DNA of 33,197 bases from Chiloscyllium plagiosum (taxonomy: Eukaryota), in the NCBI RefSeq assembly GCF_004010195.1, contig NC_057711.1, positions 78,990,456 to 79,023,652 on the forward strand, in the 5' to 3' direction. The notes under the pieces were generated by a model. That model worked only from the letters and a program-made list of their open reading frames with translations. It ran no database searches and had not been told where the DNA came from. Below are positions 21,740-32,792 of this stretch, one piece after another (within the stretch, counting starts at the first letter, position 1; each line of letters starts with the position of its first letter). A program made the translations under genes and the position numbers.

Positions 21740-22025
21740 GATTTCAAAACTATTAGTGGAGACAAAGTCCACTGAGTCTGGAGTGAGGTGGAAAGTTTAG
21801 ACGTGGGTTGAATTTTGTTGATACTTAAGCTTCAAGGCAAAGGTTTGTTGGGAATGCTTTCTGGATACTAGTAGGCTGACAGAACTTTAGTCAAGTAATC
21901 ATTCTTCATGAGCAAGCCTAGACGTTGAATGTCAACAGCTTATTTCTCTAAGGAGAGGGTCAGAGACAAATCCAATCCTGCATGATGTAGGCACATCCCC
22001 CAGGAGGACTTACAGTATAGTGATT
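21740..22025 (-). mobile_element. Possible ancient L2-like RT fragment
   Basis: 'aattttgttgatacttaagcttcaaggcaaaggtttgttggg...gttgaatgtcaacagcttat' loosely resembles the reverse strand of the YADD to LKLNxxK region. Confidence 0.35.
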
Positions 22026-24234
22026 TCCAGCTGCTACTTTTTCTCACCTGGGAACACTAAGTTTAAGTGTAAATTTGCAAACCCATCCTTCTGTGTTCCT
22101 TTAATGTATCCTAATTTTGTGTCTCAATATTGTACTGAGGCAATCGTATGCTTGGTTTAACATCCTGGTAATCAAACTAATATATTCAGTTATCTCTGCA
22201 ATCGACTATTGGCCTTTTTTTTCTCATTTAATCTTTAAACTTCTTTGACTAAGTGAAATATACGAATGTGATTCTATGATATGAATGACTGAGTTTCTTC
22301 AAGGATTAATTTTGTAAAAAGGTCAAGTGTGCTTTATCATCATGGAACTTGAAGAATAAAAAATGTATTGCATTGCCATTAAGTAAACAATCCCTCTTCA
22401 TTGAACCCATAATCTAAGGACTTGCTCCTCCATTTGTGCTGTATGAACTGTAACAGATTGTGATACTGCTGTGGGTTAAATCTTCAATGTTGACTACATT
22501 ATGTCAAGTATTTAATGCATTAATTCAATATTTAAACATATTTTCAAATTTTATCTACATACATAAAATAATCATATGCTATTTACATTTATGTGTTGTT
22601 TACTTGCAAATAAAAATTGTATGTGTTTTATTATATATTTCAGAACAATCTAAGTTTTTTTTCCCTATTTTGTAGTGAACTGCAAAATATTTACTCACAA
22701 TATATTAATGCAGAAAATTTGAAAATGTGGCCTTGTAAGCAAGACATAAATATAATTGTCGATATTTAGAATTTTTATTGGTGAAGTATTTTTATTCATG
22801 CAGAGGCAATAGAAAGGACAAATGTAAATTACATTTCTTTTTTCCCATTCCCTCAACCGATAGTCTTTATCTTCAGCAGAGTGAACTGGAAATAAATAAT
22901 TTAATGCTTTCACAAAAGCTCCCTTTATTGTGAGATATTACACATTAGGGTCCTCATCAGAGTGAATCGGTGTAGTAAAGACAGTCGTCCTGAGGTAAAC
23001 ACACCTGCTCCATCACTGAAATACACAGCACCCAGCCACCAATTTGTCATGTGGATTTCAGTGACTCTGTCTCTGCTCATTTGGTGCAGGGCTGCACACA
23101 GCAGAGTGGTTAGACGTGAGCTTTTCTGACAGATACGACAGGCCTTGCTGAATTATTCATTAGCGTGTTAATGGCAGGTGATGAGATCTTTTCACGCTAC
23201 ATCCCACTCAGTAGGTGTTTATTACCCTGTTCAACAGCAGCCTGCTATTACTGTAGGGGAAAATAGCTGTCTACACAGGCTTGACAGGTAATGGGAAACG
23301 TGCTCTACTCACTTTGCTCATAAGTGCAGCTGAAGGTTATTAAAGAAACTGTGTTGTTCTAGGTGCAAACAAGATGGTTGCTCTTCACTTTGGCTGAACA
23401 ACTTAATCCTGGAAATCTACAGATAAGATATCAATCCCACAGTAATCCAGTTTTGACATTTTGGAATCATTTTGATTATTATTTTATAGAGGTTCAATGG
23501 AGACTTTCAACAATAGTAAAACAGTTATGCCTTCCTATTTGACCTTAAATTTAAGATACATGCTCCTGTGACATATGCTTTACTTTTATAATTGCTTGTA
23601 ATTCACCTACCAGTGACTACACACTTTGCTGCAACATAACCTAACTGAATTAATAGCTAACAAAAAGCACTGCAGTCATGCTGCACAAATGGAGGCCCTG
23701 GAATATCAAAACAAATTTTACCTACATGCTTTTATCATGATTTTTACTAAAGGGTTGACTTTTGACATTAGTAGTAGAATGGGGTTTCACTGTTCTCAAA
23801 AAATGTACCACTCATGATACTGGGTGACCATTTCTCCCTGCCACATCTGAAACCTAGCTGTGCTGTGTGTGATCGTTACGTCAAGTTTCAGTTGGCAAAA
23901 ATGCATTGTTAATTGTTCAGCCCCAAGCTGTGAAAAATTATTCTGCAAATAATGGTGACAAATATTACATTTAATTTCATATTTATTATAATAGGTGGTA
24001 GTGGGACTGATAAAAAAAATTGTAAGGTTTATTACCATGTCCATCAAGTTAGGTATTTGAGATATTCTCCATATAAGAAACAGCTGGGATAAAAAATCCA
24101 TTTATTCAAGTGTTTTCTGCCCAAAGGCAGGTCCTTGGCTCATTTCTGCTGATGCTTCATCCTGAACTGTTTTCACGGCAGGTTTTTTTTGTCATTCGGT
24201 TTCCTATTGTCTTGTATTCTCAAGGAAACAGTCA

Positions 24235-24333
24235 TGAGGCAGGTCTCAAGTCTTCCCCAGTCAGAATTAGAATTGACCCCATGTGCATTCTCAACTACAT
24301 GTTAACAACCTAACCAACTGAACTGACTACTCC
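24235..24333 (-). mobile_element. Degenerate tRNA-like SINE head
   Basis: Minus strand gggagtagtcagttcagttggttagg...ggggtcaattct gives A-box-like and B-box-like motifs. Confidence 0.4.
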
Positions 24334-25140
24334 CATGATAGAGAAAACAACTAGAATTGTTTGCATTTCCCTAAGGCTGTTACGATACTTTATACTAATT
24401 TGTTATGTATGTGAGATTTCAAATTTGTGGAGCTTGCTTAGAAATGTTAAGGCATTAAATTTGCCTAAAACAAGATGGTGATATTGCAGTGAGTGTCTGT
24501 CACTGAGGCTGTGTGAGGATTCTGCTGAATGAAACAAGTTTTTAAAAAAAATTATGTACTTGAGCAGCAATGTCAATTGTATGAACTGAGTTGTTCTAAT
24601 TACGTAACTTCAACTGAAGCATTGGTTATCAGATCATAATGAATTCCTGTCAGAGTCATTAGGCAGTTTCCTGTCGGTGCAATGTGCTGTGCTAGTGGAC
24701 TAAGTGAAACTTCACTGAGCATAGGTTAGGACGTTACTTTAGCTGAAAATCGATTTGGCCATGAGACTAATGTGCATGAATATTCAAGCCAAGGCAATAG
24801 AGTGAGAATTAGCTCCTATTAATGAGTACGTTAGTCCAATGGTATCTCCTGTTATTTGAGTATGTCTAAGATATAAGTGATTTCACTGTATTCTATTGAT
24901 CATCTGATGACTGATGTGTGATTGGCATAGATGTCTCTCAGAAGTGGCAGTCATTGTTGTTGGTACTTGGTGGATCTTTGCAGCTGTGACACCTCTGGCT
25001 TTCTCTGGACACATTAAGTTTTGCACGCTTGGTGTAGTCAGTCCTTGAATTATACTAAAACAAATAGCATCTCAAATTTACACAATAGTCAAAGGGCAAA
25101 ATGATGGGAGTTGAATACAACAACCAACACGAGACAAAAT

Positions 25141-26382
25141 GTTAAAAATCACACAATACCAAGTTATAGTCCAACAGGTTCATTTGGAGGCACTAGTTTC
25201 GGAGCACTGCTCCTTCATCAAGTGGTTGTGGAGTATAAGATCATAAGACACAAAATTTATATCAAATGTTTGCAGTGTGATGTAACTGAAATTATATATT
25301 AAAAAAGACCTGGATTGTTTGTTAAGTCTCTCATCTTTTAGAATGAACGTATTGGTTTCAGTTCTTTCATATGTTAATCCAAGAACTTTTTTAAAGTTAC
25401 ATTCTCAAGTGAACTTTAATAATAGGTATCTTGTCAGCCCGGATAATGCATTGAAGGTGTGAGCTGCCCTGTGTGATACTGTCTGTGCCACAATGGTCAG
25501 ACTGATTCTAATCTAAAAATGGATTTACAAAATCTTAAATGGTTTCGTATACTTTCTGAGCAAAACAAATGTAATTCTACAAGTACAAATCAACCCCACA
25601 AACTTATATGTGTGTGCATGTGGGAGTGTCTGTTGGGGTGGTGGTGGTTATGAGTGTCTGTGAGAAAGTGTGTGTATATGTCTGAGTATGAGTATAAAGG
25701 GGTATAAGTCTATAAGAGGGTGAGTGTGTGTGCGTGCATGTGTGCGTGGGGGTTGTGTATGTGTAAGCGTATGAGAAAGACCTTGTGTATGAGAGAGTGT
25801 CTGCGTGAGTGAGTCTGGAGGAGTGTGTATGTGTCTATAGGGATGTGTATGCGTGCGTGTGTGTATAGTGCAATGGGGTCACCAGTAGTGCGACACTAAC
25901 GCAGGGTCCCAGTTGAGGCCATCCCCATGGGTACCAAACTTGACTATCAGCCTCTGATCTGCCACCTTGCATTGTTGCCTGTCCTGAAATTCGCCTTGGA
26001 GGATGGTAACCCGAAGGTGCAAGGTCGAATGTCCTGGAACACTGAAGTCTCCTCTGACTGGGAGTGAAGACTTCTGTCTGTTGATTGTTTTATGGTGTCC
26101 ATTCATCCATTGCTGTAGCCTCTGCTCGGTCTCACCAACGTATACCATGTATCCTTACCTGCAATATGAGATAGACAACATTGACTGAGTTGCATGAGTA
26201 CCTGCCACGTACACGATTTATTTTGTTATAAATTCTATGTCTTATGATCTTATACTCCTCAACCACCTGATGAAAGAGCGGTGCTCCGAAAGCTAGTGCT
26301 TTCAAATAAACCTGTTGGACTATATCCTGGCGTTGTGTGATTTTTAACTTTGTACACCCCAGTCCAACACCGGCATTTCCAA
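25141..26382 (-). mobile_element. Penelope-like element with GIY-YIG C-terminus and about 125-bp inverted terminal arms
   Basis: ORF 25879-26148 YVGETEQRLQQWMNGH...LRVTILQG...VADQRLIVKFGTHGDGLN. Arms 25141-25265 and 26222-26349 are reverse complements. GT-rich 3' UTR at 25607-25866. Confidence 0.9.
26264..26298 (+). ncRNA. Minimal hammerhead ribozyme motif with one stem II mismatch
   Basis: CAC-CUGAUGA-A-AGAGC-GGU-GCUCC-GAAA-GC-UA-GUG. The partner motif at 25191-25224 (-) has C3U and a 1-nt deletion. Confidence 0.7.
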
Positions 26383-26463
26383 GTAGAAAAAAATGTGATA
26401 GGAAAACTAATGGGGCTACAAACCAATAGGTTCCCTTAACTTGATTGGATGCATCTTTGGATG

Positions 26464-26681
26464 CAGGTCATTCTGCTATAATGCACGTTTCATTAATGCT
26501 AATTCACTATAATACGATTGACAAATTGGGGACACTGTTTCTAAAGCACCAACTTTTAAAGCAAGTGTTGGCTGTAATGTGATTACATTGCCAACATTTA
26601 AAGTGCTGTTTCTGAAGTGCAATTTTTCTATAACACAGGATTGGACAAGAATGCAACCATCGCATTATAGAAGAACGACTG
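26464..26681. mobile_element. Tc1/mariner (pogo/Tigger-like) MITE
   Basis: Imperfect TIRs CAGGTCATTCTGCTATAATGC and GCATTATAGAAGAACGACTG; flanks TG (26462-26463) and TA (26682-26683) fit a TA TSD with one change; central hairpin tgttggc...gccaaca. Confidence 0.8.
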
Positions 26682-27108
26682 TATGAAAGGATGAAGACAC
26701 AGAGATAATATGAATGCCCGGGTAATAATCTTCCAGTGATCCTTACATCCTAGAAAAGTCCCAGAGGATTGGAAGACTGCAAATGTTACATATTAAATAA
26801 AAAGAAGGTAACTAGAGGCCAGTTTGCTTTTAATATCTGTTATTGGGAAAATGTCAGTGTTTGTTATAAAAGTTGTAGTAGTAGAGAATTTAGAAAGGCA
26901 TAATATGATCAAGCAGAGCCATTATGGTTTCATGAGGGAAAATGATGTTTGACAAATTTGCTAGAATTCTTTGAGGAGGTAACAAGCAGTATGGATACAG
27001 GGATAGTAGTGAACATGATATATTTGGATTTCAGAAGGCTCTTGATCTAGTGCAACACATTAGACATATTATATAAGCACAGATAGAGGATTGCCTAATT
27101 GATAGAAG

Positions 27109-27232
27109 AAAGTGAGTACTACAGTTGCTGGAAATCAGAGTCGAGAGTGTGGTGCTGGAAAAACGCACAGCAGGTCAGGCAGCATCCGAGGAGCAGGTGA
27201 ATTGATGTTTTGTACATGAGCCCTTTATCAGG
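27109..27232 (-). mobile_element. 124-bp ORF-less PLE terminal unit with decayed hammerhead and 12-bp TSD
   Basis: TSD aattgatagaag (27097-27108) and aatcaatagaag (27233-27244), both derivable from aatcgatagaag by CpG decay. Body shares 'gcacagcaggtcaggcagcatcc' with 5662-5754. Confidence 0.82.
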
Positions 27233-29702
27233 AATCAATAGAAGGCAGAGAGTTGGGACAAGGGTTTGTTTTCAGTGTAGTTAGTGGTGGACCAAAAGAT
27301 CTGCTCTGGGGTCACAATTATTTATAATATACATTGATTTGGATGGTGTAACTGAATGACAACAGTCATACAGTCACATTTGTGGCTGACACAAAAATGT
27401 GAGGACACAAGTGGAAAGACAGTGGTGAGAATGACACAAAGAGCCTGCACAGGGTTATTGACAGGTCAAGTGAGTGGGCAGAAACTTGACAGATGGAATA
27501 TAATGTGATGAAATGTGAAGCTCTGCATTTTGGCAGTAAGAATGTAAGAGCTGAATATTATCTAAATGGACAAAGGCTGCAGAAAGCTGCACAACAGAGG
27601 GATTCAGAAGTCCTCATCCACGAACCAGAAAAAAGCTAGCATCGAAGTAGGGTGGGTAACAGAGAGGGTGTGGATTTTAACCTTTATTTCAAAGGGAATA
27701 ATATATAAAACTAGTTAGGCTTGGCTAAAACTGTACAAGGTGCTAATCAGACCACAACTGGAGTACTGCGAACAGTTTTGGGTTCCTTATCTAAGGAAAG
27801 ATATATTGACATTAGGGACAGCCCAAAGCAGGTTCACTCGGCTGATACCAGATATGGAGGTACAGTCTTATGAGGAGAAGTGATGTAGGTTAGGCCTGTA
27901 CTCAATGGAGTACAGAAGAGTGAGAGATGATCTTTTTAAAATGTACAAGATAGTTAGAGAACTTGACAGGTTAGAAAGATCGTTTCCCTTTGTGGGACAG
28001 TCTAGGACAAGAGAGCATCAGCTCAGAATAAGGGGTCGTACATATAAGACAGAGGTGAGGAAGAATTTCTTCACTCATCACATTGTGAATTTGTGGAATT
28101 CTTTACCACAGAGAGCTGTTGAGGCTGGGTCATTGAGTGTATTCAAGGCTGAGAAAGGCAATGTTTAATCATTAAGAGAATCAGAGGTTATAGGGAAAAG
28201 GCAGGAAAGTGGAATTGAGGATTATCACATCTCACTGAATGGGGGAGTACACTTGATGGACTGAATGGCCTACTTCTGTTTCTATGGAGATAACTTTCTT
28301 GGGAAGATGCATGAGATATTTTAGCATCAGAACTGCATGTGCTTGTGCCACACATAAAGGAACACCATACTGTTGATAAATTTCTTTTGCCATTTCTCCT
28401 ATAGAATTTATATTTACATACACCCACTTATCAATCTTTCTTTAAGGACAAAGCCAATATAGTTTTAGGAAATCATGCTTGCTCAATTTGTTATTTGTTT
28501 GCTTTGAGGATTTAATAAACAGCATAGATAAGGGGAATCAGTTGATGTTGTAAGTTTAAATTTTCTGAAGGCATTCAGTAGACCCTATATAAGTAGTTAT
28601 CAGACAAGATTGATCTCATGGGATTCCGGTAAAATATTAGCATATTTGGAGATTTGGTTAATGCCCAGGAAATAGGAATTAGGAACAAAAAGTCATTTTT
28701 GGAATGATAGGTAATGAGTGGAGTGCTGAATGGATGAGAGCTTAGACTTCAACTATTTATAATTTAGAAGAATAGCTTAGCTAAAGGAACCAAGTGTAAT
28801 GCAACTAAGTTTGCTGGGAAAATAAACAGTGAAAAGGATGCAAAGAAGCAATAAAGGAATTTATATCTAGGGGTGGGTGTTGGGGCAAAAATGTACTAGG
28901 TGGGCTATGATATGGGGAAATTATACACTTTGGTAGGAAGAATAGAAATGTTTACTTTTAAAGGATTAGAAACTGTTGTTAAAAGGAGGTATTTGGTGTC
29001 TGTCTATGAATCATGAGAAGTTATTGTGCAGGTACAACAATTAAGAAAACAAATTGTATTTTAATTTATGTTACAAAGGGATTGCAGTGTAAGAGTGAAG
29101 TAATTTATATTAATTAAAAAGAGCATGGTGATCAGTTTTAGCAGTTCTATCAAAGAAGGAAATTCTTTCCTTGGAGGGGTACAATGAAGGCACATTAAAC
29201 TGATTCATGGGTTAAGAGAATTGTCCTATGAGGAGAGATCTAATTGGGTCCACATTCTCTGAAATTTGGAAGATTTGGAGGTTGTCTCGTTGAAGTATAT
29301 TACATTCTTAGTGCTGGAATAGGGTTGATGCTTAAACTCATTTCTCTCATTGGACAATTGACAGATAATAATTTCAGGATTAGAGATTGACGAATTCTGA
29401 TTCAATTAAGGATAAAAAATTTTATTCATCACTTTGTGAACCTTTGAAATTCTCTACCTCAGGTTGCTGTCGATACTGGAGTTGTTGATTATGTTCAAGA
29501 TAGAGATGGAAGGAGTGTTGATTACTAAGGGCTTCCAGAAATGTGGAGATAGGGTATGAAAATGGAGCTGACTTGGAAGCTCAGCTAAAATCTTATCGAA
29601 TAGCAAAACAAGCCCCAGGCACTGTTTGGTCTAGTCTTGCTCCTATTAAATAGTTAAAAATCACACAATACCAGGTTATAGTCCAACAGGTTTAATTGGA
29701 AG

Positions 29703-29737
29703 CACTAGCTTTCGGAGCACTGCTCCTTCATCAGGTG
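29703..29737 (-). ncRNA. Minimal hammerhead ribozyme motif, intact
   Basis: CAC-CUGAUGA-A-GGAGC-AGU-GCUCC-GAAA-GC-UA-GUG. Confidence 0.8.
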
Positions 29738-29742
29738 ATTGT

Positions 29743-29779
29743 CACCTGATGAAGGAGCGGTGCTCCGAAAGCTAGGGTG
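29743..29779 (+). ncRNA. Minimal hammerhead motif with a 2-nt insertion in the 3' strand of stem I
   Basis: CAC-CUGAUGA-A-GGAGC-GGU-GCUCC-GAAA-GC-UA-GG-GUG. Confidence 0.65.
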
Positions 29780-30506
29780 CTTCCAATTAAACCTGTTGAA
29801 CTATAACCTGGTGTTGTATGATTTTTAACTTTGTACACCCCAGTCCAACACCGGCATCTCCAAATCATCCTATTATTTATATTTCTTTCTTATGTTCTAA
29901 TGTGGCCAAGTTTTGGAGGCTAAACAGTTGGTGGAAAGACAGAATCAACAAATTTAATTAAGCAGCCAATCTCATTCTCACCATCTGTTAATTTTGGATT
30001 GTCTAGGTAGAGTCCAGATGAAGAGCAAAATATTTTATAAAGGCTCTGCAGAATTCTTATCTGTAAGCTCCTTTTGAATTACAAGAATACAGAATCTGAG
30101 AGAAAACACTATTGGTGATTCAAAATTAACCCAGAGGTATGGAATTAAAAATATTTTATTGTTGTCCATGCCTAGTTGGACCACATCTACAGAATTCATT
30201 TCTAATCTCCCAATCATAGAAATTTTCAACTGAGATGATATTAAAATATATACTGGAATAAAAGATGAGAGAATTTCAGCTTATTCTCTTTGGAAATGGA
30301 AATACTTCAATGTAAATTATTTAACGTTTTCTGTATTGTGAAGGGAACTTCCAACATTAATTGATTTAAATTGTTTACCAAAACTAATTATTCAAATATC
30401 TAGTGACCAGAATTAAAATGAATCAGTTAGGTTTAAACTATTCCAGTTGTTGTGGCAAAGTTAAAAGGAAAGATTCAATTTCTCAAATGTAATTGCTGGT
30501 CAGCAC

Positions 30507-30849
30507 TTAGATTTAGATTACAGATTACATTACAGTGTGGAAACAGGCCCTTCGGCCCAACAAGTCCACACCGCCCCGCTGAAGCGAAACCCACCCATAC
30601 CCCTACATTTACCCCTTACCTAACACTACGGGCAATTTAGCATGGCCAATTCACCTGACCCTGCACATCTTTGGACTGTGGGAGGAAACCGGAGCACCCG
30701 GAGGAAACCCACGCAGACACGGGGAGAACGTGCAAACTCCACACAGTCAGTCGCCTGAGGCGGGAATTGAACCCGGGTCTCAGGCGCTGTGAGGCAGCAG
30801 TGCTAACCACTGTGCCACCGTGCCGCCCACGTGCCACCGTGCCGCCCAC
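30507..30849 (-). mobile_element. Young full-length HE1-type V-SINE with a duplicated 5' end
   Basis: Near-identical reverse complement of 14189-14509; gtgccaccgtgccgcccac occurs twice in tandem (30812-30830 and 30831-30849). Confidence 0.95.
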
Positions 30850-31164
30850 TTGTACTCGGAAAGACAACAGATTTGAAACAAACACTGCAGCTAATTTTTG
30901 ACACCTCTCGTGGTCAGACCAAACATAATATATTGCAATAGATCAGAGTAAATTCATCTTCCATGGCTTTGGTGGATGACCCAGCATTGATGACAAGAAA
31001 TAACGTTGCCAATCTCCTATATTTTGTTACAAGTTGGGTTTCTGAAACAGTACAGTGACGAATCAATTAGGAGTTTGGCTATTGTCATGACTATAATGTA
31101 ATGAGAAAGGGCTAATGATTATCCTTGCTGTGAAGGGAACTTTGAGCAATTTTCACCATATTAA

Positions 31165-31300
31165 GAACTAAAAAAAAGTCATACCAGAATCAGAACATTA
31201 ACTCTGTTTCTCTCTCCACAAATGCTGTCAGACCTCTTGAGTTTCTTCAGCATTCTCTGTGTTTGTTTCAGATTTCCAGCATTCCGCAATTTTGCTTTGA
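31165..31300 (+). mobile_element. Degenerate PLE terminal unit
   Basis: 'aacattaactctgtttctctctccacaaatgctgtcagacctcttgagtttcttcagc...tcagatttccagcat' matches 8118-8230 (-) and 9500-9612. Confidence 0.72.
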
Positions 31301-32792
31301 CTTTGAAGTTTAATTTGGGAATTAGATCCATCCAGTTTCACACCTGGGAAAATTATGAACTACATGGGCATAAGGAGAGGTTAACTAATAATGAAAAATA
31401 AATCCATGTAAACAAAGGTAGATGCTGCTTAATTGCATGATTCTTCTACAGTTGCTGAAAACTTAAGGAAAAAAAAATCAGTCTTTTTTTTCTCTATGTT
31501 AGAATCTGATTTTGTTTCATTCACCCCATATTCTCCCAAATTTTAAGCTATTGCCCCATGCTGATCAAGGGGTGGGGACAATTTGGATGATTGTGTCATT
31601 GTTGGAAATTCTGAGCTCACCTTGTTCTATGTGGAGGCCAAATTTCTTTGTTCCTATTGCAGTTACACCCATTGTGACATCAGTAGAGGTTCAGTGAATT
31701 GCAGTGATTATAGTAAAATTCCATTTCCACTTAAACTCTGGCAAAGCAGGAAAAAACTGAGACAAGATTTAGCTTAGTGTCATTTTAAAGGCAGAATGCA
31801 CAAATTAGACTTAATTTGGTGACAGGTTATCAGAAAGAGAAGACCTGCAGCTTTTGATTCAACAATGCACTGCAGCACCTCCTGGAGAATTATTTGTAGA
31901 ATCAATAGACTTTCACAATTGCAGCAGGGAAATATGTAATTAACGTGAAAAGGGAATATTTATGTTCAGCACTTACAACCTCATTGCAATATAACACGAG
32001 CAAATCAATGCTTAATTAGTGTGAGCATAAGTTTAATTGCTTCTAGGCAAACATTTACAGATCATATGAGGCAATTTCATGCACTAGTAACATTTTAAAT
32101 ATCTACAGTGTATATCATTTCTGCAGACATTGAACAACCTAAGATACACATTTGGCCAAACATGGAATACCTTTGAAACCAACATTACTTCCATTTAATG
32201 TGCTTGCTCTGCAAACAAGACTTGGAAGATAGGCAACTTTAGTCACATGTACATGTCTTAGGTGATGACCCGGAGAAGTGCAAAGCCTGTGAGATTAATG
32301 GTTTAGGCACTTAAAAAGGAGTTTAATGGTTGGGTCTCAACAGCATGTTAATATTGAGGCTGAAAGTCACTCACAGAGTCCATTCATTATCATGCTAATC
32401 ATGAATCACATGGATGGCACTTATGTTGAGGAGAACAATTGTGAAATGATTTGTAATGGGGAGAGTATGAGAGCTGACTTCTGAGGGAGGGGGCTGCATA
32501 CTGGAACCATTCACAAGGAAACAACATTGTCCTCCAGCACACGATAATTGGCCGCATAGACATGAAATGTGCCTAACTCCTGGCTATCCTGCAACATTGA
32601 TGGTCTCAGCTATAACCTCCTGTCACCATCACTGCTGGAGAATTCTCTGAGCTATCCACACCTGAGCACACAGTCAGGCAAACAGTAGGCAATGATGAGG
32701 GGCGGTGGTTCAGGTATCGTTGCGAGCTGATGCCAAGTACACCATCTGCTAACTGCATTCTGTGATCGTCAGAGACCCCCAAACACCTCGCC

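Larger units (their letters stand above)
26385..28285 (+). mobile_element. 5'-truncated CR1 LINE (RT to 3' UTR) with nested MITE and PLE terminal unit
   Basis: VPEDWKTANVT at about 26757-26790, CLTNLLEFFEEVT, IYLDFRR, LYKVLIRPQLEYCEQFW and ORF 27905-28168 KTEVRKNFFTHHIVNLWNSLP. Confidence 0.9.
29649..29867. mobile_element. 219-bp ORF-less palindromic PLE-derived insertion with two head-to-head hammerheads and 8-bp TSD
   Basis: Arms 29652-29738 and 29742-29830 are near-perfect reverse complements around a 3-nt loop (ttg); 37-nt extension at 29831-29867; TSD tcctatta at 29641-29648 and 29868-29875. Confidence 0.92.
28440..29900 (+). mobile_element. Older, heavily decayed CR1 LINE (RT to 3' tail)
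   Basis: Remnants of SCLLNL, DKGESVDVVSLNFLKAF, ATKFA, LSYEER and VNL*NSLP; 3' tail 'ctcctatt...tcttatgttct'. Confidence 0.8.

Noticed and set aside
22900..22965. Minus-strand CTGATGAG...GAAA in unique sequence as a possible conserved intronic hammerhead
   Set aside because: Bases after the core (GGACC) do not pair with those before GAAA (UUUGU), and no stem I or III could be built.
22961..22994. Possible 34-nt exon ending GAG/gtaaac
   Set aside because: Poor polypyrimidine tract, frame-shifting length and unrecognised peptide.
30504..30851. TSD (cactt) for the second young SINE
   Set aside because: Only 5 nt and overlapping the SINE terminus, so it is not distinguishable from chance.
32400..32790. 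GC-richer block upstream of the terminal PLE, possibly a transposon or coding relic
   Set aside because: No motif, TIR or convincing reading frame that I can support.
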